From: Felis catus
Taxonomy: Eukaryota
DNA: 64,000 bases
Assembly (NCBI RefSeq): GCF_018350175.1
Contig: NC_058368.1
Span: forward strand, 182,840,001-182,904,000
Reading direction: 5' to 3'
Shown: piece by piece, positions 1-12,600 of the stretch
Layout: each line of letters opens with the position of its first letter
How positions within the stretch are numbered: position 1 is the first letter of the stretch
Position numbers and translations under genes: made by a program
The notes under the pieces: model-generated
What the model saw: only the letters and a program-made list of their open reading frames with translations
Databases searched by the model: none
Told to the model about the DNA's origin: nothing

Positions 1-992
1 GATTTGTATTTGGTTCATAAGTAGGAGGTGTGAAATGTTTCTAACCCTCACTGGAACTACAACTGTGGACTGAATCACCAGGACTGGCTGCCAAGACCAC
101 CACACTAAAGCTCTGGATAAACAAAGCAAACCCCATGGTGTGAGGGCTGCCACTTTTTTCCTTAAAATATACTTTAATACTTTTAAAAAGCAGAAAGGAG
201 GAACAATCAAAGATCAGAGGGGCAAAGTAAAGAACAATCATGACAAAATTATATAAAATATTAATGAACTAAATGCTGTCAGTAAAAGTCAGAAATTGTC
301 AAAATACACACACAAGAAAGACTCGATAATATAATGTATGTTGTACATTATAAATAATGCATATGTAATACAAATCTACAAATATAACTTAAATAAAAAG
401 ACAGGTTAAAAGCAAATAGGCGGTAATAGACATCATGCAAAGAGTAAGTAAGTAGACTAAAAGGCTAAATTAAGAGCAGGAAAAAAAATTCAAGACAAAA
501 AATATTACTGTAGAAAAGACATTTAAAAATGATAAAAGATTTAACTCATGAAGATGATATAATAATTTTAAGTATGGGCACATCTAGTGATGGAAATTCA
601 ACATATGTGAGATACAAATTAACTGAATCAAAAATAGGAAAAGATAATACCAAACATATAGCCAGAGATTTAAACAGAATTCTCAGCACTAAATAGAACA
701 TAAAAACAAAACAAAACAAACAAAAAAACAGTAAAAATGGAGATGATTTCAACAGTACTAGCAACCATATTCAGCTAATAGTTTTTCAACTTATAAATAC
801 ACCAACTGCAGAAAATACATTTCTTAATTGTATGTAGTGTATTCTCTAAATAGTCAAATCTGTTGTCTCATACAAGAAACTTAAGTTTTAAAAATTGCAT
901 CTATATAGAGTATGTTGCTACTACAAAGGAATTAAATTTTAAAAAACAGCATATTTAAGAATGCTCAACTATTTCGATATTAAGCAACACAC

Positions 993-1210
993 TTTTTTTT
1001 TTTAATTTTAATGTTTATTTTTGAGAGACAGAGAGACAGACAGTGCATGAGCAGGGGAGGGGCAGAGAGAGGTAGACGCAGAATGTGAAGCAGGCTCCAG
1101 GCTCTGAGCTGTCAGCACAGAGCCTGACATGGGGCTTTAACCCATGGACTACGAGATCATGACTTGAGCCAAAGCCAGTTGCTTAACTGACTGAGCCACC
1201 TGGGTGTCCC
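993..1210 (-). mobile_element. CAN-SINE (SINEC_Fc family) inserted in L1
   Basis: Reverse-complemented tRNA-derived head, (GA)n region and T-tail; degenerate TSD taagcaacaca (981) / taaacaacaca (1211). Confidence 0.95.
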
Positions 1211-3466
1211 TAAACAACACATTCCTTAAATATTAAGGGTCAAATAATAAAAAAAAATAATGAAAAATAAAGTATTTTAAACTGAAAATATTTTGTTATT
1301 TATAATAAAAGCATATAAAAATTTAGGATGCCAGTAAAGCAGTGCTTTGAGGAAAATTTATAGCATTTAAGGTTTACTTTAGAAACTAAGAAATATTTTA
1401 AAATGATGACCTATAGTTTTACTTTAAGTATTTAGAAAAATAAAGAAATGCAAACTACAAGAAGCCAACGGAAAGAGATAATAAAGATATAAGCTAAAGA
1501 AAGAAAATTTTATACGCCACAAGTAATATTTTGCAAAGAATTTTGAAAAGAATCACAACTAATTAGTTCAGCCAGACTAATCAAGGGGATAAAAGAGTGT
1601 ATGTGAGTGAGAGAACACACAATTATCAGTATTAGGAATGAAAGAAATGTTATCATTAGTAAAATTATAGACAAAAGACATCAAATGGATGAAATAATTA
1701 TGAACAATTTCATTACCACAAATTTGACAATCTAGATAATGTGAAAATAATCCCTTAAAAATTACAAAAATAAGACAAATTTAAATGGAAAAGACAGATC
1801 ACTTACTATAAAAAAATGGGATTTGTTACAGTAGATATTTTTTTAAAAGATCCACAAAGAAAATTCCAGGTGCAGAATTGAATTCTGCCCAAATTTTAAG
1901 GTAAAAATAAAATCTATTTTATACAAAATCTTATTGAAACTTGAGAAAGAACACTTCCCAACCATATTTATGAAGAGAGTGTAATTTTAATACTGAAATC
2001 TGTCAAAAATAGTACAAAATAAGACAATTACAGCCCTCTGTCTTTCATGAAAATAGATCAAGTTATTTCACATTATTAGAAAGTCAAACCAATAAATATA
2101 TACTAGGATAATACAGCAAGATCTAGTAGAGTTTATCAGGAAGGCCAAACCGGCTTCAATATTGGAAAATAATGTCATTTACCATATAACAGAATGAAGC
2201 ACTAAAAACACAATAGGTAAATAAAATATATTGATAAAATTCAGATTTATGATTAACAACAACATTTATGATTAACAACAACAACAACCAACACCTCTTA
2301 ACCCACTATTAATAGAAGGAAACTTCCTCAATGTGATAAAGAGCATCTATTTGTTTCTTTAGAACTACAGCCAACACCCCTGCAATCAGTGTCAAGGGCA
2401 AGGATGCCCACTCTCACTAGTTCTTACAACATTGTCCTGGATATCTTAGCTCTAAATATAATGCATTAACATAAAAGTTATCAAGATTCCAAAGAATGAA
2501 ACAAACTGTTCTAATTTGCTGATGAATTAAGCATTTACAAAGAAAATCCTAAAGTATTGACAAAACAACTGTTAAAATTAATATCTTAGGATCCAAGGTT
2601 AAAAAAGTCAATTGACTTCTAATATGTCAGCAAGAGATAACTTGTAAATCAAAGTTTAAAGATTTATCTTACAATAGTTTCCAAAAATTGTAAAACATTT
2701 AGGTTAAATATAAATTAACAGATCTCTTCCCAGAAAATTAAAAAGCATTGCTGGGAGAAAATAAAGAAGAATCTAAATGAATGGGACAGTGTACTGTATT
2801 CATGGGTTTTAAAACTCAACATTGTTGACATGTATTTTTCCCCAAATTGATCCATGAGAACAATCTCAATCATGATCCCAAAAGCCTATTTTGTTAAACT
2901 TGTCATGCTAATTCTTAAATTCATATGACATTGCAAATGACTAAAATATCTAAAACAATCTTCAAATAAATGAATAATGTGGAAAGACTTCCACTACTTG
3001 ACATCAAGACTAAAAATAAAGCTACAGTAATCAACACAGTATGATACTGAAATAAATACTGCTGAATAGATAAATGGAAAAAAAAAGTCCAGAAATTGTT
3101 GCACACAAATGGTCATTTTTTTTAAAGAAAGGTACTAAATCATTCCATTTCAGAAAAGAAACTCCTTCCAAAAAATAGTTCTGGAAAAACTGAATACTGA
3201 CATAATAAAGAAATATCATTATCTCCTACAGTACACAAAAATAATTCAGGATTCATCAGCGATATGATTACAAAGTGTAAACTGTAAACCTTTACAAGAA
3301 ACCATAGACAAATATCTTCATCATTTGGAGTAGGCAAATGTTTTTATATGGATTATAGAAGGCAAGAAATTTAATAGGAAAGAAGAAGTTAGACTGTACC
3401 AAACTAAATAAGCTGTACTTTCTCTAAAGACATTGTTAATAAAGTTAATAAGCTACAAACTTGGAG

Positions 3467-3470
<4 letters not shown>

Positions 3471-3513
<43 letters not shown>

Positions 3514-3520
3514 ATATAAT
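3471..3520. repeat. (TA)n microsatellite, interrupted
   Basis: Read directly from the sequence. Confidence 0.95.
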
Positions 3521-4600
3521 GTAAATATATATAAATGTCATGCCTGCATGACATATATAAAACACTTATAACACAATAATAAAAAAGAAACCTCCTTCCC
3601 TAAAATAAGCAAAATATTTTAACAGACCTTTCAGAAAGGGAGATATAGGAATGGCCCACAGGCACAGGAAAAAAAAAATTTCAATGTTGTTATTCATTAG
3701 AGAAATGCACGTATCAATCACAAAGAGATAAAACTTCATACCTACTAGAATGGCTAAAACTGAAAGGTAACATACAACAAATGTGCCACAAACGTGCAAC
3801 AACTAAAACTCTAGTGTTTTGTTAATAGAAATGTTAAATAATATCTTTAGTTTTAACCAAGACAAATAAAAATGTTATGTATGTACATAAATGAATTTTA
3901 TAATAATGTCCAAAATAGTTGATCCCTGACAGCCAAGTATTATAAATGTCCTAGGTATACATCAACTGAAAAGTTTATAAGAAACCTATTGCATATTTAT
4001 ACAGTAGAATACTATCCAGCAATAAAAAGCAGACCAAGCAACTTGGACATTTAGATATAGGTATTCATATATACACACATTATACATTTTTATGTATTTA
4101 AAATGAGATAAAAGTACATAATATATGCTTCAGTTTATATGAAACTCCAGAACAAGAAAAAAATGTTCTTCATTGAAAAAATAAACCCGAACAATATTTG
4201 TCTCGGGAGGGTGTAAATGGAAATTGACAGAAATCAAACATAAGGACACTTTCTAGACTGACGGATGCAAACGTTCTATTGAATCTTTGACAGGGGTTTG
4301 GGTTACAGAGTTAATCTGTACTTAGCAAAACTCAGTGAATCTATACTTATGAGACATCAATACTTGTTTTATTGCATGTAAATTTTAATTAAAAAAATAC
4401 ACATTGCACACAAATCTTGGACTCTAGTGATGTGCCAGCTGAACAATTTAGTACATAGTGTATTGATGTCTGAAATTTAGTGTGAAATTCACCCAAAATA
4501 GGATGAACTAATAGAGGGATGGAGATATGGATGCATAGGTACAAATGTGTTGATGTTTTTTTCTTAAAAATTATAGTTAAATATTAATGGTAAAGTTTGA

Positions 4601-4606
4601 GAAGAT

Positions 4607-4654
<48 letters not shown>

Positions 4655-5105
4655 TGTGACTCAGCCATAAAATGAATGGCTGCCACAGGAATGAAATCTC
4701 GCCATTTGTGACAACACAGATGGACCTAAGTATAATGCTGTATGAAATAGGTCCGAGAAAGACAAGCACTGTATGATTTCACTTATATGTGGAATTTAAA
4801 AAACCAACAAACCAACAAGCAAAATGAAACACAGAACTGGTGGTTGCCAGAAGAGATGGGGTCAGGGGATGGGCGAGACAGGTTAAGGGAATTGAAAGGT
4901 ACAAACTTCCAGTTATAAAATAAATAAGCCCAAAGGATGTAAAGGACGACATTGGAAATATAGTTAATAATATTGTAGTAATTCTGTATGGTGGCAATAA
5001 GTAGACTTACAGCAGTGATCATTTCATAACGTATATAAATGTTGAATCAATATGCTGTACACGTGATACTAATATAATATTGTATGTCAACTATACTTCC
5101 ATCAT
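4601..5105 (+). mobile_element. Younger L1 3' UTR fragment (L1MA-like or carnivore L1) nested in the older L1 3' UTR
   Basis: gccatttgtgacaacacagatggacc...tgatttcacttatatgtggaat...tgtatgtcaactatacttc is typical of L1MA-type 3' ends; contains (GT)n at 4608-4653. Confidence 0.85.
4608..4653. repeat. (GT)n microsatellite
   Basis: Read directly from the sequence. Confidence 0.95.
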
Positions 5106-5192
5106 ATTAAGTTGGGAGGTGGGCATACAGATTCTCTGTCAATTTTTCCAACTTTGTTATGTATTTGAGTACTTCTTAATAAAATATTGGAA

Positions 5193-5417
5193 GGGCACCT
5201 GGGTGGCTCAGTAGGTTAAGCGTCCGACTTCGGCTCAGGTCATGATCTCACGGTCCATGAGTTCGAGCCCTGCACTGGGCTCTGTGCTGACAGCTCAGAG
5301 CCTGGAGCCTGCTTTGGATTCTGTGTCTCCCTCTCTCTCTGACCCTCCCCTGTTCATGCTCTGTCTGTCTCTGTCTCAAAAATAAATAAACGTTAAAAAA
5401 ATTTTATAAAAAAAATT
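5193..5417 (+). mobile_element. CAN-SINE
   Basis: gggcacctgggtggctcagtaggttaagcg head, (CT)n region and A-tail; TSD aaatattggaa / aagtattggaa. Confidence 0.95.
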
Positions 5418-6651
5418 AAGTATTGGAAAAAAGGAAGAAATCAATGGTAATAAGCATTTATATATTATAATTTTATAATTACTTATATACATATTAAATT
5501 TTAGAATTATTTTCCTTATTATCTAATTTTCACATACTGTATATTTGCAATCACTAAACACATACACACATATTTCCATATAGTGTACAGTAGCATCAAT
5601 CAGCCAAATCTTTCAACTTAGATCAATCTCAGAAGCTCCATCAAATTAAAAAACAACAACAACAATCAAACCCCAAACAAAAGAGCTAACAGAAGCTGTT
5701 GAGAACATGGGAACATCCAAGGCAACCAGGACTTGAGGAGCCAAGTTTTCCGAATAAAAGAAAAAGCTCCAAGATGAGCAAACGTTGTCAGTTTTTGTAT
5801 TGAGCTATTTGCTGAGCCTTAAGCTGTCTGGGATGAGGGACGGTGCCTTCAGTTTAGGACTTTCTGTGATCTGACAGGGATACAGGTATAAAACTGCATT
5901 TCAAGTTTACCAAGGAGGCCATGTCTTGAGGGGCCAAGATCCCAGAGCAATAAAGGATTGCAGAGTTTAGCATTATTTTTCCCCTCAAGCTATTTGTCAA
6001 TTTCCAAGTCAGTGGGGAAGAGATTAAGAATCCAATGAGAAAACTGCATCTAAGAAGGAAGGAAACATAACAGCACTTTTGGTACTCTCGCTTTCCTGTG
6101 GCCACAAAAACTGGAGTTTGAAAATGCCAAAAAGGAGGAAATCTGCCAAACGTCCTCCTTCTAGGCTTTCAGTTGAGAGCCCTGAGGGCTGTGCTTGAAA
6201 TATATGTGCAAAGTGGAAATAGTTTAGACCTCAAAAGACTGAAGCACAGACTTAGACCATCTCAAACTCTGATTGCCTTTTCTCTAATTGCCTGCCAGAA
6301 GAAAACTAAGTCCTCCCTGGAGGAAAACATCATACTCAAGAACCTCTATTTTTTTTTCCACACACTGTCTTCAGAAATGAATTTTTAAAACACTGGATGC
6401 ACCACTTCCATTCAACATTGTACTGGAATTATCAGTTTAATAATAAGAAGGAGAAATCAAAATGTAAGGACTTGAACGAAAGAATACTGTCATTATTCTG
6501 AAAAAATAATTATGTGCATAAAAAATCTAAAGGAATCCAATTATTAGTAAGTAAATTTAGGTAGTTTGCAAAGGAGAATGTCAGGATACAAAAATCAAAT
6601 ATATTTCCATATACAAGCAACACACAACCAAAACTGAAAACTTAACACTTA

Positions 6652-6968
6652 TGGCAGAGCACAGAGGAATTTTAGGGCAGTTAAAATACTCTGTATGATA
6701 CTATAGTGGTGGATACATGTCATTATACACTTGCCCAAACCAGCAGAATGTACAGAGTCAAGTGTGAACCGTAATATAAACTATAGCCTTTGGGTGAGAA
6801 TAATCTGTCAATGTAGGCTGATCAATTACAACCAATGTACCACTCTGTTGCTGGAAATGTTCATAATGTGGAGGACTATACATGTGTGGGGATAGAGGAT
6901 ATATGAAAAATCTGTGTCTTCCACTCACTTCTGCAATGAACCTAAAATTTCTCTAAAAATATAAAGAT
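6652..6968 (+). mobile_element. L1MC1-like 3' end nested in older L1
   Basis: ggcagagcacagaggaattttagggcagt...ggatacatgtcattatac...gaacctaaaatttctctaaaaat matches the L1MC1 3' end as I recall it. Confidence 0.8.
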
Positions 6969-6973
6969 TTTTG

Positions 6974-7174
6974 GGGGCACCTGGGTGGCTTAGTCGGTTA
7001 GGCGTCTGACTTCGGCTCAGGTCATGATCTCACAGTTCATGGTTCAAGCCCCGCATTGGGCTCTATGCTGACAGCTCAGAGCCTGGAGCCTGTTTCAGAT
7101 TCTGTGTCTGCCTCTCTCTCTGCCCCTCCTCTGTTCACGCTCTGTTTCTGTCTCTAAAATAAACATTTAAAAAA
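6974..7174 (+). mobile_element. CAN-SINE at the tail of the L1MC1 fragment
   Basis: ggggcacctgggtggcttagtcggtt head, (CT)n region and A-rich tail. Confidence 0.95.
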
Positions 7175-8494
7175 TCTCTCTCTCTCTCTCTACATATATA
7201 TATATATATATAAATCTATATATATATTTAAATGCTTACACTAAGAGCATAAAACATCAAACATCTTTTTAATAATCTGCAAGAGATGTGGAAAACCTCA
7301 ACATAACTTTCTACAAAACACCAATGAAAAACTTAAAGCATTAAAACAAATTGAGCATTAGCTAAGATAATTTTGAATATGAACAAACTCAACAACTTAT
7401 GCTATCAGACATCAAACTTTGCCATACTACAAAGCCACAGTAATTAATAAAGTGTTGTTCTTATAAATGAATAGGAAAAAATAGTAATTTTTTAGACCTT
7501 TTACTACTAAAATGGGAAAAGGATGGTCTTTTCCATCAGTTGTGCTGGGTTAGTCCAAAACAAATATAAAAATGAATCTTATTTTAAATTATACATAAAA
7601 ATGAATTACAGATAGTTTTTAGACTTGCATATGAATCTAAAATGATAATTTTTTTAGATCACAAAAGTAACTAATTTCTAACTGTGGCATGAAAAGGTAT
7701 TTCTTTATCTGGATCCTAAGTCACTGACCATAAAGGAAAGACTGAAAAATTGTATTTCATTAACATTAGAAACTTCAATTCATCATGCCTCTCTTTCTGG
7801 GGGAAAAAAAAAAGAAAAGTAGCTATTAACAGAGTGAAAAGACAGGAACAAAATATAGCCAACAACAAAAACAGACTCTCGGTACAGTTAATCATCAGAA
7901 AGAGATAAATTAAAACTTTAATGGGAACAGATTTGCTGGAATGGCTAAAATATAAGCTTGACGATATCAAGTGTGGGTAAAAATATGGTTTAACTGGAAT
8001 CCTAATACTTTGCTGGTGTGAATGTTAATTGGTAAAAGTCAATTGTTGTAAATTCCATCTCCTTACAATTCCATGCTTAGGTATATACCAAACAGAAAGG
8101 TGTATATTTAAGCACCATAAGACATATGAAAAGATGTCCATAGCAGGGTAATTTACAATACTTTTAAACAATAGAATGAATCAATTATGGCATATTTATC
8201 TAACGGTATTCTATAAACAAATGGAATGAAATCAATTTGTTTTACTCTATAACCTGGATGAATTTCAAAAACATACTGTTAAATTTAAAAAAAAAACAAA
8301 AAAGAGTACTCACTGTAATCATTTATTTATCTTCAAAAGCATATGAAGCAAACCAATGTTGAAATAACTCAGGAAAGTGGTTATTAACAGGGTGAGATTC
8401 ATAGGACTGATAGGGAACACAGGTAGATTTCTGGGCTTATGGTAATATTCTATTTCTCCATCAGGACTGAAGTTACACAGATGTGTCCTCTTTT

Positions 8495-8699
8495 CATTTT
8501 TTTTAACGTTTATTTATTTTTGAGAGAGACAGAGAGTGAGAAGGGAAGGGGCAGAGAGAGAGGAATACACAGAATGTGAAGCAGGCTCCAGGCTCTGAGC
8601 TGTCAGTACAGAGCCTGACGCGGGGCTCAAACCCACAGACTGAGAGATCATGACCTGAACCGAAGTCGGAAGCCTAACTGACTGACTCACCCAGGCACC
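8495..8699 (-). mobile_element. CAN-SINE
   Basis: Full length; perfect TSD tgtgtcctctttt at 8482-8494 and 8700-8712. Confidence 0.95.
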
Positions 8700-8831
8700 T
8701 GTGTCCTCTTTTTAAAAAGTCATTGAGTTGATAAATATGGTATACAACTTTTCAGTAAGTATATTACACTTTAAGACAATTTTCCTAAAAATCAATGGTG
8801 TAAATGATATAGGTAAACCTCTAGAGAGAGG

Positions 8832-8918
8832 ATTTATTTATTTATTTATTCATTCATTCATTCATTCATTCATTCATTCATTCATTCAGAGAGAGCCACA
8901 TGAGAGTAAGGGAGGATC

Positions 8919-8951
<33 letters not shown>

Positions 8952-9079
8952 ATCACCATCAGGCTTCATGCTGTCGGCACAGAGCCCAATATGGGGTTTG
9001 ATCTCACAAACTATGAGATCAAGACCTGAGCTGAAATCAAGAGTTGGACACTTATCTGACTGAGCCACCCAGGCACCTC
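8832..9079 (-). mobile_element. CAN-SINE (older subfamily) with (TTTA)n(TTCA)n tail microsatellite
   Basis: Ends ctgagccacccaggcacc; tail expanded into tetranucleotide repeats at ~8833-8887. Confidence 0.92.
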
Positions 9080-9399
9080 AGGCTAGGATTCCTATTTCTT
9101 ATTACCAAAAGACAGAATGGTTTGAATATCTAGTCATCTGCATATGAACTTTCTTTTAGTCTCTACAGATTAAATAAGAAATCAATGTAAATATTTTAGC
9201 ATATTCCTATAATTATTCATGCTTTCTCACCTATATATTTTTATACACCAAACAGGGTTCTAGAGTCTTTTTGAGAGCTTGGTCTTGCAATAGTAAGTTC
9301 TGTCTAGGCCCCTATAAATCTGATAAACCTATAAATCTGATAAATGAACAATTCCAGAGGTGTTATTTGAATTGATGTTATTAAGAATATATGGTTCTT

Positions 9400-9625
9400 G
9401 GGGCACCTGGGTGGCGCAGTCGGTTAAGCATCCGACTTCAGCCAGGTCACGATCTCGCGGTCCGTGAGTTCAAGCCCCGCGTCGGGCTCTGGGCTGATGG
9501 CTCAGAGCCTGGAGCCTGTTTCTGATTCTGTGTCTCCCTCTCTCTCTGCCCCTCCCCCGTTCATGCTCTGTCTCTCTCTGTCCCAAAAATAAATAAACGT
9601 TGAAAAAAAAAATTAAAAAAAAAAA
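9400..9625 (+). mobile_element. Young felid SINEC_Fc
   Basis: CpG-rich, with cagccaggtcacg and gggctgatggc variants; perfect 16-bp TSD aagaatatatggttct (9383-9398, 9626-9641). Confidence 0.97.
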
Positions 9626-9769
9626 AAGAATATATGGTTCTAGAATGGGCATCAAAAGCTTTCTTACTTTCCATATAGGCCACAAGAAATACTTGCTCAT
9701 TGACTCATGTTGATATGCTTGTTAATTAGATCTTGCATTGTTGAACTTACTTTAAATTGAGATATGATT

Positions 9770-9945
9770 ATTTGTATATATATACACACATATATTTGTA
9801 TGTATATATATTATTTGTACATATATGTGGGCATGAGATAAAATGATCTGTATATATGTATATATATATATATATAAATATACATATATATGTATGTATG
9901 CATTATATATATGTAAATATATGTGTACTTTATTTATATATATGA
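9770..9945. repeat. Compound AT-rich (TA/TATG) low-complexity repeat
   Basis: Read directly from the sequence. Confidence 0.85.
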
Positions 9946-11948
9946 ATAGGGCTGTTTTCTTGGAATATACTTTGCCAGATTACTAAAAGTTTTTAAAAAG
10001 TTTGGTTTGAGGCTATGTAATTAAACTATGGCACACTAATAGCCAAACAATGTGCCCTCAGTGTAAATGTGCCCTTTTATTTCATTTTCTGTCCTTAAGT
10101 AATTTGTAAACTGTGATACTTGGATACAAATAATTACAAATTTATTTTTAATTTTGTTTTATTTATTCCCAAATGCAAAGCAACTAGGATCATAGTGATG
10201 CTACCTGTGGTTAAGAGTGACTGGTCATAGCCAGGCTCCTGGAATATATTATTACTACATTTGTGATATGATTTGTAATGGGAAAAAATAAATAGCAAAA
10301 GCATATGATTATTTCTGTAATTTAACTTACATTTTCTAAAACCGGTAATAACTAGTGTAATTTAGATCTCATAAAAGAAACAGAGATGCTCTACTGAATC
10401 TAAAATCAAAGCCCATGAAAACCTTTTATACACAATGTAAACAGACATGTTTAATATAAGCATCTGCCAATCTAATCTGATAATTTTGCTCATGTTGTAT
10501 TTTTTGCCCATTTGGCATGTTTTTATGCAGCAATTTATATACAACACTGTATCAGCATATATGGGGTATACAACCAGCTGTGTCCTATTATATAATTTAC
10601 AGGAAAAAAAAATAACAAAGAAAATTGCTTTATAATGAAATATGGGGGAAAATTCTAAGATGAGAAACCTGTTGACCTATTTTCCAGTTGAGCCGACAAG
10701 GGCATATTCTGTACCTAGACCTTGGCCTGTAATGTTGACTACTCTTACCCAGATTGGCCTATCTACTCCAAAGCAAAACTTACACATTTGCTTCACAAAT
10801 GAGCCTACCACTTTAAGCCAATCTTTGCAAAACAGGAAACAGCAGCATGCACTTTACTCCCCAAAAGAGTATTGTTTCTGGAAAATTTCCCCCCCAATCA
10901 GAAAATTGTAGTTCATAGTAAACAGAGTAAACAGTGATGGTGAGTAACAATGTACAATCAGAAACATGCATGAGATGAGCAGCTGCCAGTCGTTAGCACA
11001 GTTTCTGTTCACTGTTTTCCAAAGTACTGTTTATATTACTGTGGTGGTGGGGGAGGTGGATCAAGAGAATAAAATTGTACAAAATGAATATGGGTCATAG
11101 TCCTCCTCTAAGTGCCGTTCCTCCCATCTTCCACCTCCAATTAATTTCTCCCATATGTTTATTTGGTGAGCTTTTTCAAGTAAGAATCCTTTGATCAACT
11201 ATCAGTCCATCAGCTAATTTACGAGTAAACATCTCCTGCATCTTTCTTAGGTTTTAGTAGTCCATTGTCTTACAATATTTTAGACATCTTGTCAAGATTT
11301 TCTCTTCTGCAAGATGGCCACAAAGTAATTCATTTTTCTGATGACATTTAATTTTTGTGTAACTCTATTTTTGTGCAAGTCTCATCAGTCAAGTTGTTCT
11401 ATTTGATGGCCTATGTCAGTATACCTACAGTATGGTGTTACATCCCTCTGTAACTGTTGTCTGTATCCAGAGGTTAATAAATGTGTTTTCAAAAAGCTCC
11501 AAGGTGGTTCTAATACACATTCTATCAGATTCGAGTCAATGACTTAATAGATAGAATGCACTTGTCTAATGGACTACCAGTGTTTCTGGTTACGGACTGT
11601 GATTTGCCCTCGAGGATTAACACAGCAGTTTCCCTCTATGAGTTAACCTCCTATGTGGTTTGATCACAGACACAATGCTGATCATAGTGGTTGTAAGTAT
11701 TTCGGTTCATAATTGTGGATCCCAGAGTATATTAATATCATGGCATTCTGAGACTTATTTCTTTTGAGTTTGCCTTTTGGTTAACATGGTTCTGTCTTGC
11801 GATTTGTAAGACTTTTTAAAGAAGAGGATCAGATTCTGGAGTATAATAACTTCCTTGGCATATGACTCTGAGTTGACTAGCTTTGTTTAACCTTTCATCA
11901 TTTGAAAACAGCACCATTTTATCTTCTACTGTCAATAGATTAACTCTA

Positions 11949-12164
11949 GGGGTGCCTGGGTGGCTCAGTCGGTTAAATGTCTGGCTCTTGGTTTCGGCCC
12001 AGGCCATGATCTCAGGGTTTGTGAGCTTGAGTCTGCACCAGGCTCCACGCTGACAATGCGGGGCCAGCTTGGATTCTCTCTCTCCTTCTCTCTCTCTGCC
12101 CCTATCCTGCTTGCTCTCCCTCTCTCAAAATAAATAAATAAACTTAAAACAAAACAAAACAAAA
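11949..12164 (+). mobile_element. CAN-SINE
   Basis: Full length; TSD agattaactct (11937-11947, 12165-12175). Confidence 0.95.
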
Positions 12165-12384
12165 AGATTAACTCTCAATTAACTGCTCTTTCTATTAAAA
12201 CCATCAACTTTTTATAGCATTTATCCTTAAGTCATGGGGCAGGCCACACACTAACCAGATTTGTGCAATGGGCATTTTTAGTGCCCTTTACACCTATCTA
12301 GTTCCCTTCTAGTATTCTCTACCTTCTCATAATCATACCCAGAATTTTACAACTGCAAATAATAATTACTAATAAAAATAGTAC

Positions 12385-12600
12385 AATAGAAGTTAATATG
12401 TTGAACAATTTTCTATGTTCCAAAACTATGTGCGCTCAGCACTCTGCAATATTTAATTTCCACAGAACCCTCTAGTGGAGGTACTCTTATTTTCCCTGTT
12501 TTATAGATAACAAAACCGAGGCACAGAGAGGTTAAGCAACTTTCAGGAAGTAATGTAATTCAACAGGTCTAGCCCAGGCTTGCTTGTTATCCCCTTCATT
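12385..12600 (-). mobile_element. MIR
   Basis: ttttatagataacaaaaccgaggcacagagaggttaagcaactt is the reverse complement of the MIR core. Confidence 0.8.

Larger units (their letters stand above)
150..5192 (+). mobile_element. Old decayed LINE-1 (L1M, L1MD/ME-like): ORF2 remnant plus 3' UTR, interrupted by younger inserts
   Basis: A-rich + strand with ORF2 motif remnants: K-A-V-L-stop-G-K-F-I-A at ~1336-1365 (consensus KAVLRGKFIA) and a KATVIxTV-like stretch at ~3018-3041. The 3' UTR resumes at ~5105-5192 after a nested insert. Many stops and frameshifts. Confidence 0.85.
5690..8790 (+). mobile_element. Second old L1 (L1M): 5'-end-like segment joined to ORF2 and 3' UTR fragments
   Basis: ctaattgcctgccagaagaaaactaagtcctccctggaggaa resembles old L1 5' regions; ccacttccattcaacattgtactggaa (PLxFNIVLE) at ~6402; tactacaaagccacagtaattaat (YYKATVI) at ~7425; 3' UTR to ~8790. 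Confidence 0.7.

Noticed and set aside
9400..9490. tRNA-like sequences at SINE heads (also 31560-31637)
   Set aside because: They are tRNA-derived SINE heads with tails and TSDs, not tRNA genes.
11480..11525. MER5-like DNA transposon end
   Set aside because: Only about 45 bp of weak resemblance; not enough to call.
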